This document shows, piece after piece, positions 47,268-59,100 of a DNA stretch of 64,000 nt (the stretch's first letter is position 1; every line of letters starts with the position of its first letter). The notes beneath the pieces were generated by a model. The model made no database searches, was not told where the DNA came from, and saw only the letters and a list, made by a program, of their open reading frames with translations. The stretch spans positions 287,603 through 351,602 of the forward strand of contig CAVQOG010000006.1 in NCBI GenBank assembly GCA_963714375.1, written 5' to 3'. Origin of the DNA: an uncultured Acidimicrobiia bacterium (GTDB lineage Bacteria; Actinomycetota; Acidimicrobiia; Spongiisociales; UBA5794). The position numbers were made by a program, and so were the translations under genes.

Positions 47268-49153
47268 GTGAGCTCCGGTGCGGCGTCGCGGAATTGCGTC
47301 TGGAAAAGATGGGTGTAGAGACCTCCCACAGCGAGGAGTTCATCATGGGTACCTGACTCGACCATTCTGCCCGCTTCGATCACGAGAATCCTGTCTGCAC
47401 TCACAACCGTGGAAAGCCTGTGCGCAATGACGAGTGAAGTGCGTCTCCTCATGATTCGCTCGAGTGCGTCCTGAACCAATGCCTCAGAGACCGCGTCAAG
47501 ATGCGATGTGGCCTCGTCGAGAATGAGCACTGAGGGATCCTTGAGGATCACTCGTGCAATCGCTACCCGCTGTTTCTCACCTCCCGACAGCCGATACCCA
47601 CGCTCGCCGACTCGGGTTTGCATCCCGTCTGCGAGTGAATCAATGAACTCAAGAATGTTCGCAGCCTCTGCCGCGGATCTCAGCTCGTCCATCGTCGCAG
47701 CCGGCTTGGCGTAGCGAAGGTTCATTTCGATCGTGTCATGGAACAGGTATGTCTCCTGCGTCACGACACCGACAGCGCGAGCGATCGAGTCGAACGACAG
47801 GTCACGAACATCGATGCCATCGATAAGCACGCGTCCCTTCGTGGCGTCGTACAGCCTCGGAACGAGATAGGTCAGCGTCGTCTTCCCGGCACCTGACGGT
47901 CCCACGAGTGCAATCGTCTCTCCTTGCTGCGCACGAAATGACACATCCTCAAGTGCCCACCCGGCAGGGGAACGCTTCTGTACCTCGTCGACCTGGCCCG
48001 TTTCGCGCCATCCGTACCTGCGCACCGACTCAAGACCGGAGCCCACTGTCGCGTCGTAGCTGAACCACACACCGTCGAATTCGACTGATCCCTCCACGGC
48101 GGTCAGCTCGACGGGTTCATCGGCCTCAGCAACATCAACCGGCATATCAAGCACCTCGAACACGCGCTCGAACGACACGAGCGAGGTGGTGAATTCGACG
48201 CGTGCCGTCGAGAGAGCTGACAGCGGGCCATAGAGCGAACCGAGGTATGCGCTGAGTGCGACGATTGTCCCAACGGTCAATCCCCCGTTGATGACGAGGT
48301 ACGCACCAAGCCAGAACACGAGCGCTGTTCCAATCGCAGACACGACGCCGAGAGCCATGAAGAACCACCGACCGATCGTCGCCTGCCTGATGCCGAAGTC
48401 CCGTACCTCACCGGCATACTCGGTGAATCGTCCGTCTTCATGGGCGGCACGACCGAACAGCTTCACCAACAAGGCGCCTGAGACAGATAGCGTCTCCTGC
48501 ATCACCGAGTTCATGTTTGCGTTCGACTCCATCTGTTCGCGGCGGATATCGCGCAAACGCCCGCCGACCTTGCGAGACGCAACGATGAACAGAGGAAGGA
48601 TGAGGAGCGACAGCAGCGTGAGTCGCCACTCAAGATTGAGCATGACGATGAGCGTGGCCACGACCGTGAAGACATTCGCTGCAAGTGTGACAAACGTACT
48701 CGTCACGGCCTGCTGCGCTCCCACGACATCGGAGTTCAACCGCGACATCAACTCGCCCGTCTTGGTATTCGTGAAGAACCCAAGCGACATGCCTTGCAGA
48801 TGGGCGAAGAGTTCCCGGCGAAGGTCGAAGATGATCCCCTCACCCATCGAGGCGCTCGCCCAGCGCTGGGCAACACCAACAGCGCCGTTGATGAGCGGGA
48901 TGGCGATCATGGCGAGACCGAGCCACGTCACGAGTTTCAGGTTCTCGTCTGGAATCGCCGTGTCGATCAACCCACGCATGAGGAGTGGGGGGAGCAGTGA
49001 AAGCCCTGAGATCACGACAATGGTGATGACCACCACGATGAGCTCAAGTCGATAACCAGTCGCATATCCCAGCACACGCTTGAGCAGAACCCTGTCAACC
49101 TCCGGCTTGGGCTGTTCCTCGTCGTGCTGGAGATACGCGCCCCATCCTCTGTG
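47264..49153 (-). CDS. ABC exporter, fused permease/ATP-binding protein (MsbA-like)
   Basis: Six-TM N-domain followed by an NBD with Walker A GPSGAGKTT, signature LSGGEKQRVAIAR and Walker B ILILDEATS. Start placed at MHRGWG. Confidence 0.85.
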   Translation of the reverse strand, partial: HRGWGAYLQHDEEQPKPEVDRVLLKRVLGYATGYRLELIVVVITIVVISGLSLLPPLLMRGLIDTAIPDENLKLVTWLGLAMIAIPLINGAVGVAQRWASASMGEGIIFDLRRELFAHLQGMSLGFFTNTKTGELMSRLNSDVVGAQQAVTSTFVTLAANVFTVVATLIVMLNLEWRLTLLSLLILPLFIVASRKVGGRLRDIRREQMESNANMNSVMQETLSVSGALLVKLFGRAAHEDGRFTEYAGEVRDFGIRQATIGRWFFMALGVVSAIGTALVFWLGAYLVINGGLTVGTIVALSAYLGSLYGPLSALSTARVEFTTSLVSFERVFEVLDMPVDVAEADEPVELTAVEGSVEFDGVWFSYDATVGSGLESVRRYGWRETGQVDEVQKRSPAGWALEDVSFRAQQGETIALVGPSGAGKTTLTYLVPRLYDATKGRVLIDGIDVRDLSFDSIARAVGVVTQETYLFHDTIEMNLRYAKPAATMDELRSAAEAANILEFIDSLADGMQTRVGERGYRLSGGEKQRVAIARVILKDPSVLILDEATSHLDAVSEALVQDALERIMRRRTSLVIAHRLSTVVSADRILVIEAGRMVESGTHDELLAVGGLYTHLFQTQFRDAAPELT

Positions 49154-49155
49154 CA

Positions 49156-49884
49156 TCAGCGCACCAGCAATTCGGACAGAGGCATGGCGGACTCGGCAAT
49201 CTCGATGCACAGCTGTTCGGAGATCTCCGTTCGACAAAACAGTTCATACCGCATCAGGGCGTCGGTCCACCCAACGCTGAACCCGTCTGGAACAGCGATC
49301 GGTGAGATCGCACCTTGTTCGGAAAACGTGCCGATCGTGGCGACACCAACTCGCAGCACACCGATCCGTCCCGTGTCGGACTGGTATGGCTCGGTGGTCC
49401 AAAGTCCGAACGCTGCGGATGTATTGGGGTCAAGCGTTTCGGTCACTTCGTCATAGACGAGTTGGCTTGTCACCCACCGCACCTGCTCTGGCACCAGCGA
49501 GGGGAACTTCAGATCCGGGAGTGCATCGGCGATCTCACCTCGGGAGGCCTGCACGAATCGGCTGTTCCCGACGCGCGTATTCCAAACATCAGCGATCACC
49601 TGAGCTGATTCCCCACGATGCTGTGGATCCTTCTGATCGTTGTACCACACGACATCGACGGCACCAACGGCTGCTTCGCCCGAAAGGCCAGCATCGATGG
49701 ATGGGAGCGCCACGGTGGTCGTTGTCTCCCCCTGAACAAACGCACGTGTTCGCTCGCCTGCGCCGTCGAGAACTCCGGCTTCACCGCACGCCGCGGTGAA
49801 GACGACAAGAAAAAGGAGAGTTGCAAGGCGTTTCACACGTGAAGGATGGCATGGAATCCATCCAACCGACATCACCTCTACCAC
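49156..49884 (-). CDS. hypothetical lipoprotein
   Basis: Signal peptide with lipobox (LLFLVVFTAACG). The start may be the internal GTG (VKRLATLL). Confidence 0.5.
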   Translation of the reverse strand: MVEVMSVGWIPCHPSRVKRLATLLFLVVFTAACGEAGVLDGAGERTRAFVQGETTTTVALPSIDAGLSGEAAVGAVDVVWYNDQKDPQHRGESAQVIADVWNTRVGNSRFVQASRGEIADALPDLKFPSLVPEQVRWVTSQLVYDEVTETLDPNTSAAFGLWTTEPYQSDTGRIGVLRVGVATIGTFSEQGAISPIAVPDGFSVGWTDALMRYELFCRTEISEQLCIEIAESAMPLSELLVR

Positions 49885-49905
49885 TGCGATCTACTCTGGC
49901 GACCG

Positions 49906-50721
49906 ATGACCCACGAAACGCTTGCCGTACTTTCGAACGCCTCAACGGGCGACGGTCCCCTCGACACGGCTACTTCTCGAGCGATTCTTCAGGCCGTCAG
50001 TCGCGGAGATATGGGTGAGACATTCGAGATCGGATCGACATCAAGGATCGTTGCATTCGGCAAGCACGACACAACTTCGCCATCGTTCGCCGAAGCCGTC
50101 CGCGTCGCTGTCGATCACGGATTCCAACCAACTGTTCGGATCGCAGGGGGACGGGCCGCCGTATTCCACGAAACGACCCTCCGCTTCGGCTGGACCCGAA
50201 CCGTCGATGATCCCACGACCGAGATCCACGAGGGGTTTCGTCAGATGTCGACGATGGTCACCGATACGCTCGCAACATTCGGAGTGCACGGTGTCGTTGG
50301 GGAGATCCCAGGCGAATACTGCCCTGGCTCATACAGCGTGCATATTGCAGGACGCAAGGTAATGGGTGTCGGGCAACGTCTCATTCGCAATGCTGCTCAC
50401 GTCGGCGGAGTTGTTGTCGTCGCGAACAGTGAGGCGATCAACGACGTACTCATACCGATCTATCGCCTGCTCGACCTCCCCCTCGACCCGTCCGTAACCG
50501 GTTCGATAGCTGATGCCATCCCAATCGTCGTCAAGGACTTCGCCGACACCCTTGTGGCCAGGGTGGCGCAAGGAAGACCCGCCGCGGAGATAGCTCTGTC
50601 CGACAGCGTGTGTGAAGAAGCGCTCCGGTTCCGACCTGACCACGACCCGCTGCTGTCGTCGGTGACTTCCCGCGATGCTGCTACTTGCGCTCCCGACGAA
50701 TTCGATCAAGACTCGCAATGA
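49906..50721 (+). CDS. lipoate-protein ligase / octanoyltransferase family protein (BPL/LplA/LipB catalytic domain)
   Basis: BPL_LplA_LipB-like core. Start placed at MTHETLAV. Stop overlaps the aroQ start. Confidence 0.65.
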   Translation: MTHETLAVLSNASTGDGPLDTATSRAILQAVSRGDMGETFEIGSTSRIVAFGKHDTTSPSFAEAVRVAVDHGFQPTVRIAGGRAAVFHETTLRFGWTRTVDDPTTEIHEGFRQMSTMVTDTLATFGVHGVVGEIPGEYCPGSYSVHIAGRKVMGVGQRLIRNAAHVGGVVVVANSEAINDVLIPIYRLLDLPLDPSVTGSIADAIPIVVKDFADTLVARVAQGRPAAEIALSDSVCEEALRFRPDHDPLLSSVTSRDAATCAPDEFDQDSQ

Positions 50722-51161
50722 TGAACATCCTTGTTGTCAACGGACCCAACCTGAATCTCCTCGGTACAAGGGAACCCACCATTTATGGGAGCGAGACCCT
50801 CGCCGATCTCGAAGCACAGTGGCTCGAGCGTGGGAGCCTGCTGGGGATTGAGGTGAACTCGTTCCAATCCAACCACGAAGGCGCAATCATCGATGCGATC
50901 CACGCGGCTCATGAAACGACCGATGGCATCGTGCTCAACGCAGGTGCGTTGACTCACTACAGCCTCGCCCTCGCCGATGCCCTGGTCGCGGTCGGCATTC
51001 CGTATGTCGAGGTCCACATTTCCAATATCTACGAACGTGAGGAGTGGAGGCACCATTCGGTGTTGTCCGAGCACGCCGAAGCGGTGATCGTCGGCCATGG
51101 AACGGCCGGCTACCTCGACGCGATCTCACATCTCAACACGTTGCTCGGCGGACTCAGCTGA
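50718..51161 (+). CDS. aroQ: type II 3-dehydroquinate dehydratase
   Basis: [15 protein letters not shown]...HISNI motifs; 147 aa. Confidence 0.9.
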   Translation: MMNILVVNGPNLNLLGTREPTIYGSETLADLEAQWLERGSLLGIEVNSFQSNHEGAIIDAIHAAHETTDGIVLNAGALTHYSLALADALVAVGIPYVEVHISNIYEREEWRHHSVLSEHAEAVIVGHGTAGYLDAISHLNTLLGGLS

Positions 51162-52368
51162 CCAACGCCTGAATCCGTCCGAGTCCCTCGACAAGGTCGT
51201 CGTCGGAGAGAGCAAATGAGAACCGAGCATATCCAGATACACCAAATGCCTCACCAGGCACGAAGGCAACCTTTGCTTGGTCGAGCACGATCGAGGCGAG
51301 TTCAAGCGACGTCGAAGCGACCTGCCCCCCAATGCTCCTACCGAGCAGGCCCGTCACATTCGGGAAGGTGTAGAACGCCCCACCCGGCTCCTGGCACGTC
51401 ACACCGTCGATCGTCCTGAGCATCTCGATCATGGTCTTGCGCCTTCGATCGAACGCGACCCGCATCGTCTCTGCTGCTTCCAAGGATCCGGTGACCGCTT
51501 CGAGTGCCGCTGCCTGGGCCACGTTGTTGACGTTTGATGAAAGGTGGGACTGGATTCGTCCAGCGGCCGAGGCAACTTCTTGTGGGGCGATCATCCATCC
51601 GACACGCCACCCTGTCATGGCATATGTCTTGGCAACACCGTTGACGATCACACATCGATCGGCGATCTCGGGAACCTCAACAGGCATCGAGGTGAACACG
51701 GAGTCGCCATAGATGAGATGCTCATAGATCTCATCAGTCATCACCCAGATTCCCCGCTCAGCAGCCCACTTGCCAACCGCTATCACCTGGTCGCGTGTGT
51801 AGACCGAGCCTGTCGGATTCGACGGACTCACAAAGATCAGCATCTTTGTGCGCGCCGTAGTCGCTGCCTCGAGCTGATCCACCGTGACCGTGAAATTCGT
51901 TGACTCCTCAGTCGGAACCATGACCGGCACACCCCCGGCCAAGGCGACGGCTTCGGGGTACGTGACCCAATACGGTGACGGAAGGAGCACCTCGTCGCCA
52001 GGATCGAGAAGGGCCTGACACGTGAGATAGACACCCTGCTTGCCGCCGTTTGTGATGATCACCTGCGACGCTGCCGCATCAAATCCTGAATCTCTCCGTG
52101 TCTTTGCGGCAACTGCCTCGCGAAGCTCAGGCTGTCCGGCAGCAGGCGAATAGTGATGCGAGGCTGGGTTCGAGGCAGCACGAATCGCGGCTTCCACGAT
52201 CGGACGTGGTGTAGGGAAGTCCGGCTCGCCTGCTCCGAATCCGATGACCGGCTCTCCTTGAGCCTTCAGCTCGTTCGCCCGATTGGTGATCGCCATGGTG
52301 GCCGATGGTTGCACAGCCCTCGCTCGCTGTGACACGGATTCAGCCGCCGACGATTTGCCTTGTTTCAC
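51154..52368 (-). CDS. pyridoxal-phosphate-dependent aspartate/aromatic aminotransferase
   Basis: Class-I aminotransferase; PLP lysine in a [19 protein letters not shown] context. Confidence 0.85.
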   Translation of the reverse strand: MKQGKSSAAESVSQRARAVQPSATMAITNRANELKAQGEPVIGFGAGEPDFPTPRPIVEAAIRAASNPASHHYSPAAGQPELREAVAAKTRRDSGFDAAASQVIITNGGKQGVYLTCQALLDPGDEVLLPSPYWVTYPEAVALAGGVPVMVPTEESTNFTVTVDQLEAATTARTKMLIFVSPSNPTGSVYTRDQVIAVGKWAAERGIWVMTDEIYEHLIYGDSVFTSMPVEVPEIADRCVIVNGVAKTYAMTGWRVGWMIAPQEVASAAGRIQSHLSSNVNNVAQAAALEAVTGSLEAAETMRVAFDRRRKTMIEMLRTIDGVTCQEPGGAFYTFPNVTGLLGRSIGGQVASTSLELASIVLDQAKVAFVPGEAFGVSGYARFSFALSDDDLVEGLGRIQALVS

Positions 52369-52422
52369 TGCCGCTACGCTCCTGCCAATCGGTCGTTGTG
52401 GTCTGCGAGCGGAACGATAGGC

Positions 52423-53553
52423 ATGTCAGTGAAGTCCCCCATCACCATCCCACCCGATCTGCTGCCCGACGACGGGCGGTTCGGGTCGGGGCCATCAAAG
52501 GTTCAGAAGACCTTTGTCGACGATCTCGCTGGAACCGGACAGGCGTTCCTGGGAACGAGTCACCGTCGCGACACCGTGAAGTCGGTGGTTGGCAGCATCA
52601 GGAGCGGACTTGCCGCGTTCTACGACCTTCCAGACGGGTATGAGGTTGTACTTGGCGTCGGAGGTGCAACAGCGTTCTGGGATGCAGCAGTGTTCGGTCT
52701 CATCGAGGAACGCTCTGTGCATTTTGTCTGCGGTGAGTTCTCCCACAAGTTTGCAGCGTCGGTGCAAAGCGCACCCCACCTCGGCGAACCGATCATCCTT
52801 GAGGCCCCTCCCGGGGACGCGCCGTCACCCATCGCAGTCGACGGGGTGGACGTCGCTTCGTTCATCCACAACGAGACCAGTACCGGCGTCACGGCACCAT
52901 TCGAACGTCTCTCCGATGCACTCGTGGTCATCGACGGTACGTCGGGTGCCGGTGCCATCCCATTCGATGTCCCAAGCGTCGATGCGTACTACTTCTCACC
53001 CCAGAAGGCGCTTGGTTCCGAAGGTGGACTGTGGCTCGCACTGATGTCACCCGCAGCGATCGATCGTATCGCAAGGCTTGCACGGTCACAGCGCTGGATT
53101 CCCCCCTTTCTCTCCCTTGCCACGGCGGTCGACAATTCACTGAAGAACCAGACATACAACACGCCTGCACTCGCCACGCTGTATCTCCTCGATCGGCAAC
53201 TCAGCGCAGCGCTGGAACGTGGTGGGCTCTCGTGGGCGTCGCAGCGATGCACCGACTCATCGAATCGGCTGTATCGCTGGGCTGAAGACAACGATGCGAT
53301 GGCGCCATTTGTGTCAAATCCGGCGTTGCGCTCGACCACGGTGGTCACGATCGAAGTTGACTCCAGCATCGATGCCGATGCCGTGTCCGACGCCCTCAGG
53401 TTCAATGGCATCGTAGACACCGAGTCATATCGCAAGCTCGGTCGCAATCAACTCCGAATTGCGACCTTCCCCAATATCGACCCCGACGACGTCACGGCGT
53501 TGACCCGCTGCATCGATTTCGTCGTTGACCGACAACGGAAAGCTGAGAGCTGA
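52423..53553 (+). CDS. serC: phosphoserine aminotransferase (actinobacterial SerC type)
   Basis: [10 protein letters not shown]...[10 protein letters not shown]-terminus and class-V aminotransferase fold. Confidence 0.82.
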   Translation: MSVKSPITIPPDLLPDDGRFGSGPSKVQKTFVDDLAGTGQAFLGTSHRRDTVKSVVGSIRSGLAAFYDLPDGYEVVLGVGGATAFWDAAVFGLIEERSVHFVCGEFSHKFAASVQSAPHLGEPIILEAPPGDAPSPIAVDGVDVASFIHNETSTGVTAPFERLSDALVVIDGTSGAGAIPFDVPSVDAYYFSPQKALGSEGGLWLALMSPAAIDRIARLARSQRWIPPFLSLATAVDNSLKNQTYNTPALATLYLLDRQLSAALERGGLSWASQRCTDSSNRLYRWAEDNDAMAPFVSNPALRSTTVVTIEVDSSIDADAVSDALRFNGIVDTESYRKLGRNQLRIATFPNIDPDDVTALTRCIDFVVDRQRKAES

Positions 53554-53585
53554 AAGCTGAGAGCTCTTCTTGGTACGATCTTGGG

Positions 53586-54083
53586 ATGCTCAATCTCATG
53601 TTCATGCGCCACGCCAAGTCGGATTGGGACGCGGAGTCGTCTGATGACCATTCGCGACCATTGAACGATCGTGGCAAGCGTTCAGCCGAGCGGATGGGGG
53701 TTGTCGTCCGTGAACTCGGACTCGTCCCCGAACTGGTCGTGTCGTCAACGGCACTCCGCGCCCGATCGACGGCAGAACTCGCCAGGATCAGTGGTGGCTG
53801 GGACAGCCGCCTCGTGCTCGAAGACGATCTCTATGGGGCGAGCGTGTCCGAGACTCTCGCTGTTGCCGCCCATCACGGCGGTTCGGCTCATCGCATCATG
53901 CTTGTTGGACACCAGCCAACCTGGGGCATGGTGGTTGCCCATCTGACTGGCTCCCGAGCAGAGATGCGTACAGCCACGATCGCCGATATCGAGGTTCACG
54001 CGGAATCGTGGGATGTCGTCCCCCAATCACGCGGAGCACTCGTATCCCTCCTCCAAGTACGGACCTTCTTGCACACCGGATAG
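53586..54083 (+). CDS. sixA: phosphohistidine phosphatase SixA-like (histidine phosphatase superfamily)
   Basis: RHAKS catalytic motif near the N-terminus; about 160 aa. Confidence 0.75.
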   Translation: MLNLMFMRHAKSDWDAESSDDHSRPLNDRGKRSAERMGVVVRELGLVPELVVSSTALRARSTAELARISGGWDSRLVLEDDLYGASVSETLAVAAHHGGSAHRIMLVGHQPTWGMVVAHLTGSRAEMRTATIADIEVHAESWDVVPQSRGALVSLLQVRTFLHTG

Positions 54084-54142
54084 CGGAAAGCAGGCATCCC
54101 GCCAGTGCATATCCTGCAATCGCCCACAACAGCGAGGCATTG

Positions 54143-55177
54143 ATGATTGATCTGCGGAGCGACACCATCACAAAACCATCCGACGGCATGCGTCAGGCCA
54201 TGGCAAATGCAATCGTCGGGGACGATGTCTACCACGATGACCCCACCGTGAACGCACTCGAAGAGTACGTCGCATCTGTCTTGGGAACAGAAGCAGCCAT
54301 GTACGTACCGACGGGCACGATGAGCAACCAGGTCGCGATTCGCGTTCACACCCAGCCTGGTGATTCGGTCGTGATCGAAGCACTCGGGCATATCGGAAAC
54401 CATGAACTCGGCGGTGCGGCCCATCACTCGGGTGTCACACTGAACCGAATCCAAGGCACCCTCGGCACGTTCACCGCCGACCAGCTCGTTGAAGTGGTCC
54501 CGGTCCCCCATCCAGCGATGCCGTCACACCTGTATGACCCGCACACACTCATCTGTCTCGAGAACACGCACAACCTTGCAGGCGGAACGATCTGGCCCAT
54601 CGATCAGATCCGCAGCGTCACAGAAACAGCAGTTGAACTCGGGATGGCTTGTCACCTCGATGGAGCACGAATATGGAATGCGGCCGCGGCCTCCGGCGTG
54701 GGACCAGAGGAGTATGCAGCCCTGTTCGACACCGTGAGTGTGTGCTTCTCGAAGGGTCTTGGGGCTCCCGTTGGATCAGCTCTTTGTGGTCCGGCCGAAA
54801 CCATTTCTGAGGCACGGCGCTTCAAACAGATGTTCGGGGGTGGGTTCCGTCAGGCGGGCATCATCGCTGCCGCTGCGCTCTACGCACTCAACAACAACCG
54901 TGAACGTCTTGTCGAGGATCAGGTCAACGCACGCACGTTCGCAGAAGGAGTTGCCGAAATCGGGGGTGTGACGGTCAACCTTGACGCTGTTCAGACGAAC
55001 ATCGTGAACTTCGGCGTCGAGAACCCCGGTCGCATCGTCGACACGTGTCTTGACGATGGCCTTGCGATGTTGGTCAACGGACCGCGAGAGATCCGTGCGG
55101 TCTTCTCCATGGAGGCTGACGCGGCGGATGCACACAAGGCGGTCACGATCGTTACTGGAGCGTTGAGCGACCAGTGA
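54143..55177 (+). CDS. ltaE: low-specificity L-threonine aldolase
   Basis: [13 protein letters not shown]-terminus and PLP-dependent Beta_elim_lyase fold. Start placed at 54143. Confidence 0.85.
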   Translation: MIDLRSDTITKPSDGMRQAMANAIVGDDVYHDDPTVNALEEYVASVLGTEAAMYVPTGTMSNQVAIRVHTQPGDSVVIEALGHIGNHELGGAAHHSGVTLNRIQGTLGTFTADQLVEVVPVPHPAMPSHLYDPHTLICLENTHNLAGGTIWPIDQIRSVTETAVELGMACHLDGARIWNAAAASGVGPEEYAALFDTVSVCFSKGLGAPVGSALCGPAETISEARRFKQMFGGGFRQAGIIAAAALYALNNNRERLVEDQVNARTFAEGVAEIGGVTVNLDAVQTNIVNFGVENPGRIVDTCLDDGLAMLVNGPREIRAVFSMEADAADAHKAVTIVTGALSDQ

Positions 55178-55198
55178 TTTCAGCGGCGGATCCGAACG

Positions 55199-55618
55199 CT
55201 ATTCGGTGTCGTCCGCAGCTTCAAAGGCAAGAGACGCAGAGTTGATGCAGTAGCGCAATCCGCTGTCGCCAGGGCCGTCAGGGAACACGTGACCGAGATG
55301 CGCGCCGCAGTTGCTGCAAGTGGATTCGGTACGAGCCATCCCGAGTGAACGGTCGACATGTTCGTCAACAGCATCCGGTGATGCTGGGTCTGTGAAACTC
55401 GGCCAACCGGATCCAGAGTCGAACTTGGTGTCGGATGAGAACAGCGGTTCGCTGCACACGACGCAGCGGTATACACCTCCGGCTTTGTTGTTGAGGAGTT
55501 CCCCAGTGAAGGGACGCTCAGTCGCTGCCTCCTGCGTCACAGCAAATTGCTCGGAGGACAGTCGATTGCGGAGATCTGATTCTGAGTACTTCGATGACAT
55601 GACAGAAGCGTACTGCAT
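55199..55618 (-). CDS. msrB: peptide-methionine (R)-S-oxide reductase MsrB
   Basis: Two CxxC zinc knuckles and catalytic RYCINS/GHVF motif. Confidence 0.9.
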   Translation of the reverse strand: MQYASVMSSKYSESDLRNRLSSEQFAVTQEAATERPFTGELLNNKAGGVYRCVVCSEPLFSSDTKFDSGSGWPSFTDPASPDAVDEHVDRSLGMARTESTCSNCGAHLGHVFPDGPGDSGLRYCINSASLAFEAADDTE

Positions 55619-55649
55619 TATCTGATGCCGACTGTCGGCTGCCAGACCT

Positions 55650-56117
55650 CTAGAGGGAGGTGCTCAGCATCAACAGGGCAGCCATCAAGAGACACGAAAC
55701 GGCGACGATCGTGAAGGTGAGCATGCCCCCAAGCACCTCGGTCTTACCGACAGACTTCAGCGGTTCAATCCTTGTCGGCTCAGCCGGCTCCCTCTTCTGC
55801 TTCTTCTTGCCCTCGGTCTGCGATTCGAGACGAGCGGCAAGCGGAATCGAGGCGCCATTGGGATCGACGGATGCCGCCATAGCCTCAGCGAATTGTCTTG
55901 GCGTATCGGGGGTAAACATAACCACTTCGCCCCCAAGCACCATCTCGAAGGCTCCCTGTCCGGCCGAAGTGACCGTGCAATCATCCTGGGCCCACGATCC
56001 GAGTTCCAACTCCCCCGCAACGAGCTTGACATCCCTCTCGACGGTTTCGAGGACAGCGCCGAGCCCCGGGCCTTCCTCGCCCGGGAGCAGAAGCGTTCCT
56101 GCAAACGCCTGACTCAT
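55650..56117 (-). CDS. hypothetical tail-anchored membrane protein
   Basis: Start MSQAFAG at 56117 is preceded by AGGAGG (56121-56126). C-terminal TM helix. The longer ORF-track version would overlap dnaE2. Confidence 0.5.
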   Translation of the reverse strand: MSQAFAGTLLLPGEEGPGLGAVLETVERDVKLVAGELELGSWAQDDCTVTSAGQGAFEMVLGGEVVMFTPDTPRQFAEAMAASVDPNGASIPLAARLESQTEGKKKQKREPAEPTRIEPLKSVGKTEVLGGMLTFTIVAVSCLLMAALLMLSTSL

Positions 56118-56193
56118 GTGCCTCCTATCGCTCTCCAAGAGATATGTCGGATCCAAACCCGTTTGAGTAAAGCGATTCCTTGAGCTGTGGTGC

Positions 56194-59100
56194 CTACCGA
56201 AAATCTCTCGAAGCAACCTCGGGTGCCGGCCACGGCATGAGACGCCGCGCCACGAGGTTCGTGACCCCGTCGCGATACTCGAGGGTCCCGGTGATGACCA
56301 CACCGACAGCCTTGCGGGCAACCTCGTAATTCGCCTCCCACACGGGCGGCATGAGTATGACGTTCATTATTCCTGTCTCATCCTCAAGGTTGAAGAACCG
56401 GACGCCGTGGGCTGTTTCTGGACGCTGGCGGTGCGTCACGATCCCAGCCACCATGATGGTGGAGTTGTGCTTCCTCAGCCTGAGTCCGTCAGCAATCGCC
56501 ATGACACCCCTAGCGTCAAGTTGATCCCTGATGAGCGAAACCGGGTGCGTCAGCGAAATCCCTGTTGACCACAGATCTGCCTCAAGGGTCTCGAGTGCCT
56601 CCATACGGGGAAGATCGGGGATCGCCGACCCATTTCCGAGCGCCAACCGATCCGGCCCAAGGTCCGCTAGCGCACCTGCAAGCCACATGCCGTCTCGCTT
56701 GCCGACCCCAAGCGAACCGAAAGCGCCCGAAGCACTCAATGCCTCATGGCTTGTGACAGACAGACCGGTCCTTTGCGCAAAGTCTTCGGGCGAAACGAAC
56801 GAACCACCGGTGAATCGGGCCGCTTCGATGCGGGTGATATCCGACTCGCCGAGATCACGTACATATCGCAGTCCAAGTCTGAGTGCGACCGGGGTGCGGA
56901 TTGGATCATCGACAGCACCCATCCCCCGTCGCCATCCACCTGCGAGATAGGTCGCGATGTCAGATCCATGGTCGTCGTGAGGCTCAATCGTGCAGTCATG
57001 GATCGAATGGTTGATATCGGGTGTGAGAACTTTCACACCGTGGTGCACAGCATCGGCAACAAGCGAGTTGGGTGAGTAGAACCCCATCGGTTGTGCGTTC
57101 AGGAGCCCCGCAAAGAACTCTGCTGGCCAGTGGTACTTGAGCCATGATGCTGCGTACACGATGTAGGCAAACGACACGGAGTGCGACTCGGGGAATCCGA
57201 ACGAAGCGAAGCCCTGAAGCTTCTCCCACAAATCATCAGCAGGCTTTCCGATAATCCCATTGGCGCGCATCCCTGAGTACACCTCATCACGCAACTTTGC
57301 CATCTCCTCGTCAGACCGTTTGTGGGTCATCGCCTGACGGAGTCGATCCGACTGACCGGGTGAGAACCCGGCGCAGACCCGTGCAAGTTCCATGAGTTGC
57401 TCCTGAAAGATCGGGACGCCAAGTGTCTTTGCAAGAATCGGCTCAGCGGACGGATGGAGATAGGTGACCGGTTCCTCGCCATTGCGTCTACGCAGGTATG
57501 GATGCACCGACTGGCCCTGAATCGGCCCAGGTCTGATGAGAGCGACTTCAACAGCAAGGTCATAGAACGTGCGAGGTTTCATCTTGGGGAGTGTCGCCAT
57601 CTGCGCACGCGACTCAACCTGGAAGATCCCAACAGTGTCTGCCCTCGTGAGCATGTCATAGACAACGGGTTCCTGTGGGATCAGCGCAAGGTCGACGTCA
57701 ATTCCATGGGTGTCTGCGATGAGGTCGACCGACAGGTGCAGGGCGTTAAGAGCGCCAAGGGCCAACAGATCAAACTTGACAAGCCCCATCATTGCCGTGT
57801 CGTTCTTGTCCCACTGGAGTACCGAACGATCAGCCATCCTCCCCCATTCGAGTGGAGTTGTCTCCCACAAGGGTCGCCGAGTGATGACCATGCCACCCGA
57901 GTGAATACCGAGATGACGTGGAAAGCCATCGAGACGATGACATACGTCATATATGTGATCTGCCGTGAGACCCTCCGGGAGATCCACAGCCTCCCTCAGC
58001 GCCTTCGGGCTCCGTGTGTCGAGGTATTTTGTGAGTCCGTTGACCTGCGCTTGTGTCAGCCCAAAGGCCTTCCCAACATCTTGGAGGACTGACTTGGCTC
58101 GGTACGTAATCACGTTCGCAACCATCGCTGCTCGTTCGCGCCCGTAACGTCGATAGCAGTACTGAATGACCTCCTCGCGTCGTTCGGCTTCAAAATCAAT
58201 ATCAATGTCGGGTGGCCTACCCCGCTCATGGGAAAGAAATCGCTCAAAGGGGAGGCCAAGCCTGATCGGATCGACACGGGTCACCTTGAGGCAGCGACAC
58301 ACGGCCGAGTCTGCACCCGATCCCCTGATCTGACAGTAGATGTTGCGGTTGCGGGCGAACTGGACGATGTCCCATGCAACAAGGAAGTAGCCGGCAAACC
58401 CGAGGGACTCGATCACCCCGAGCTCATGTTCGAGCCTTCGACGTGCTTGAGGGTCGATTCCGTCCTCTGAACCCGGATAGACGTCCCGTGCTCCCTCATA
58501 CACGAGGGATGCGAGGTATTCGTCCTCGGTGGTGAATGACCCAGGCATCGCGAAGTCGGGTAGTTCGGGGGCAAGAAGATCGAGATCGAACGCCAGGGAT
58601 GTACCAAGGTCTGCTGCGCGCTCGACCGCACCGGGGTATCGCTTGAACCTGGCAGCCATATCGTCAGATGTCCGCAAGTGACGCAGGTCAGTTGCGGGGC
58701 GAAACCCGTCAGAGACCTCAAGTGATCGTCGACCTCCAATGGCTGCGAGCACCTCACCAAGATCGGCATCGTGGCAATAGGCGTAGTGAACGTTGTTGGT
58801 CGCAACCGTGGGTATCGACAACCTCGCTCCGACCTCCGCGAGTAGTCCGTTGCGGTCGTCATCCATGGGGAGCCCATGGTGTGTCAGCTCGATGAAGAAC
58901 CGGTCTCCAAAGATGTCCTTGAGACGAGCGGCTTGCTCCATAGCACCGAACAGATCTCCTGTAGCTGCAGCGCGTGGTATTGCGCCCTGCCAGCAGCCCG
59001 AGAGTGCAACCAGAGAACCGTCGTGTGCTGCCTCGGTGAGGTCACGATATGAATAGAGCGGTGCGTCCTTTTGACCGCGGAATTGTCCTCGCGTCACCAG

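Noticed and set aside
56531-56950. 139-aa plus-strand ORF and other ORFs inside dnaE2
   Set aside because: Antisense or out-of-frame to a well-supported 1107-aa polymerase gene; low-complexity translations.
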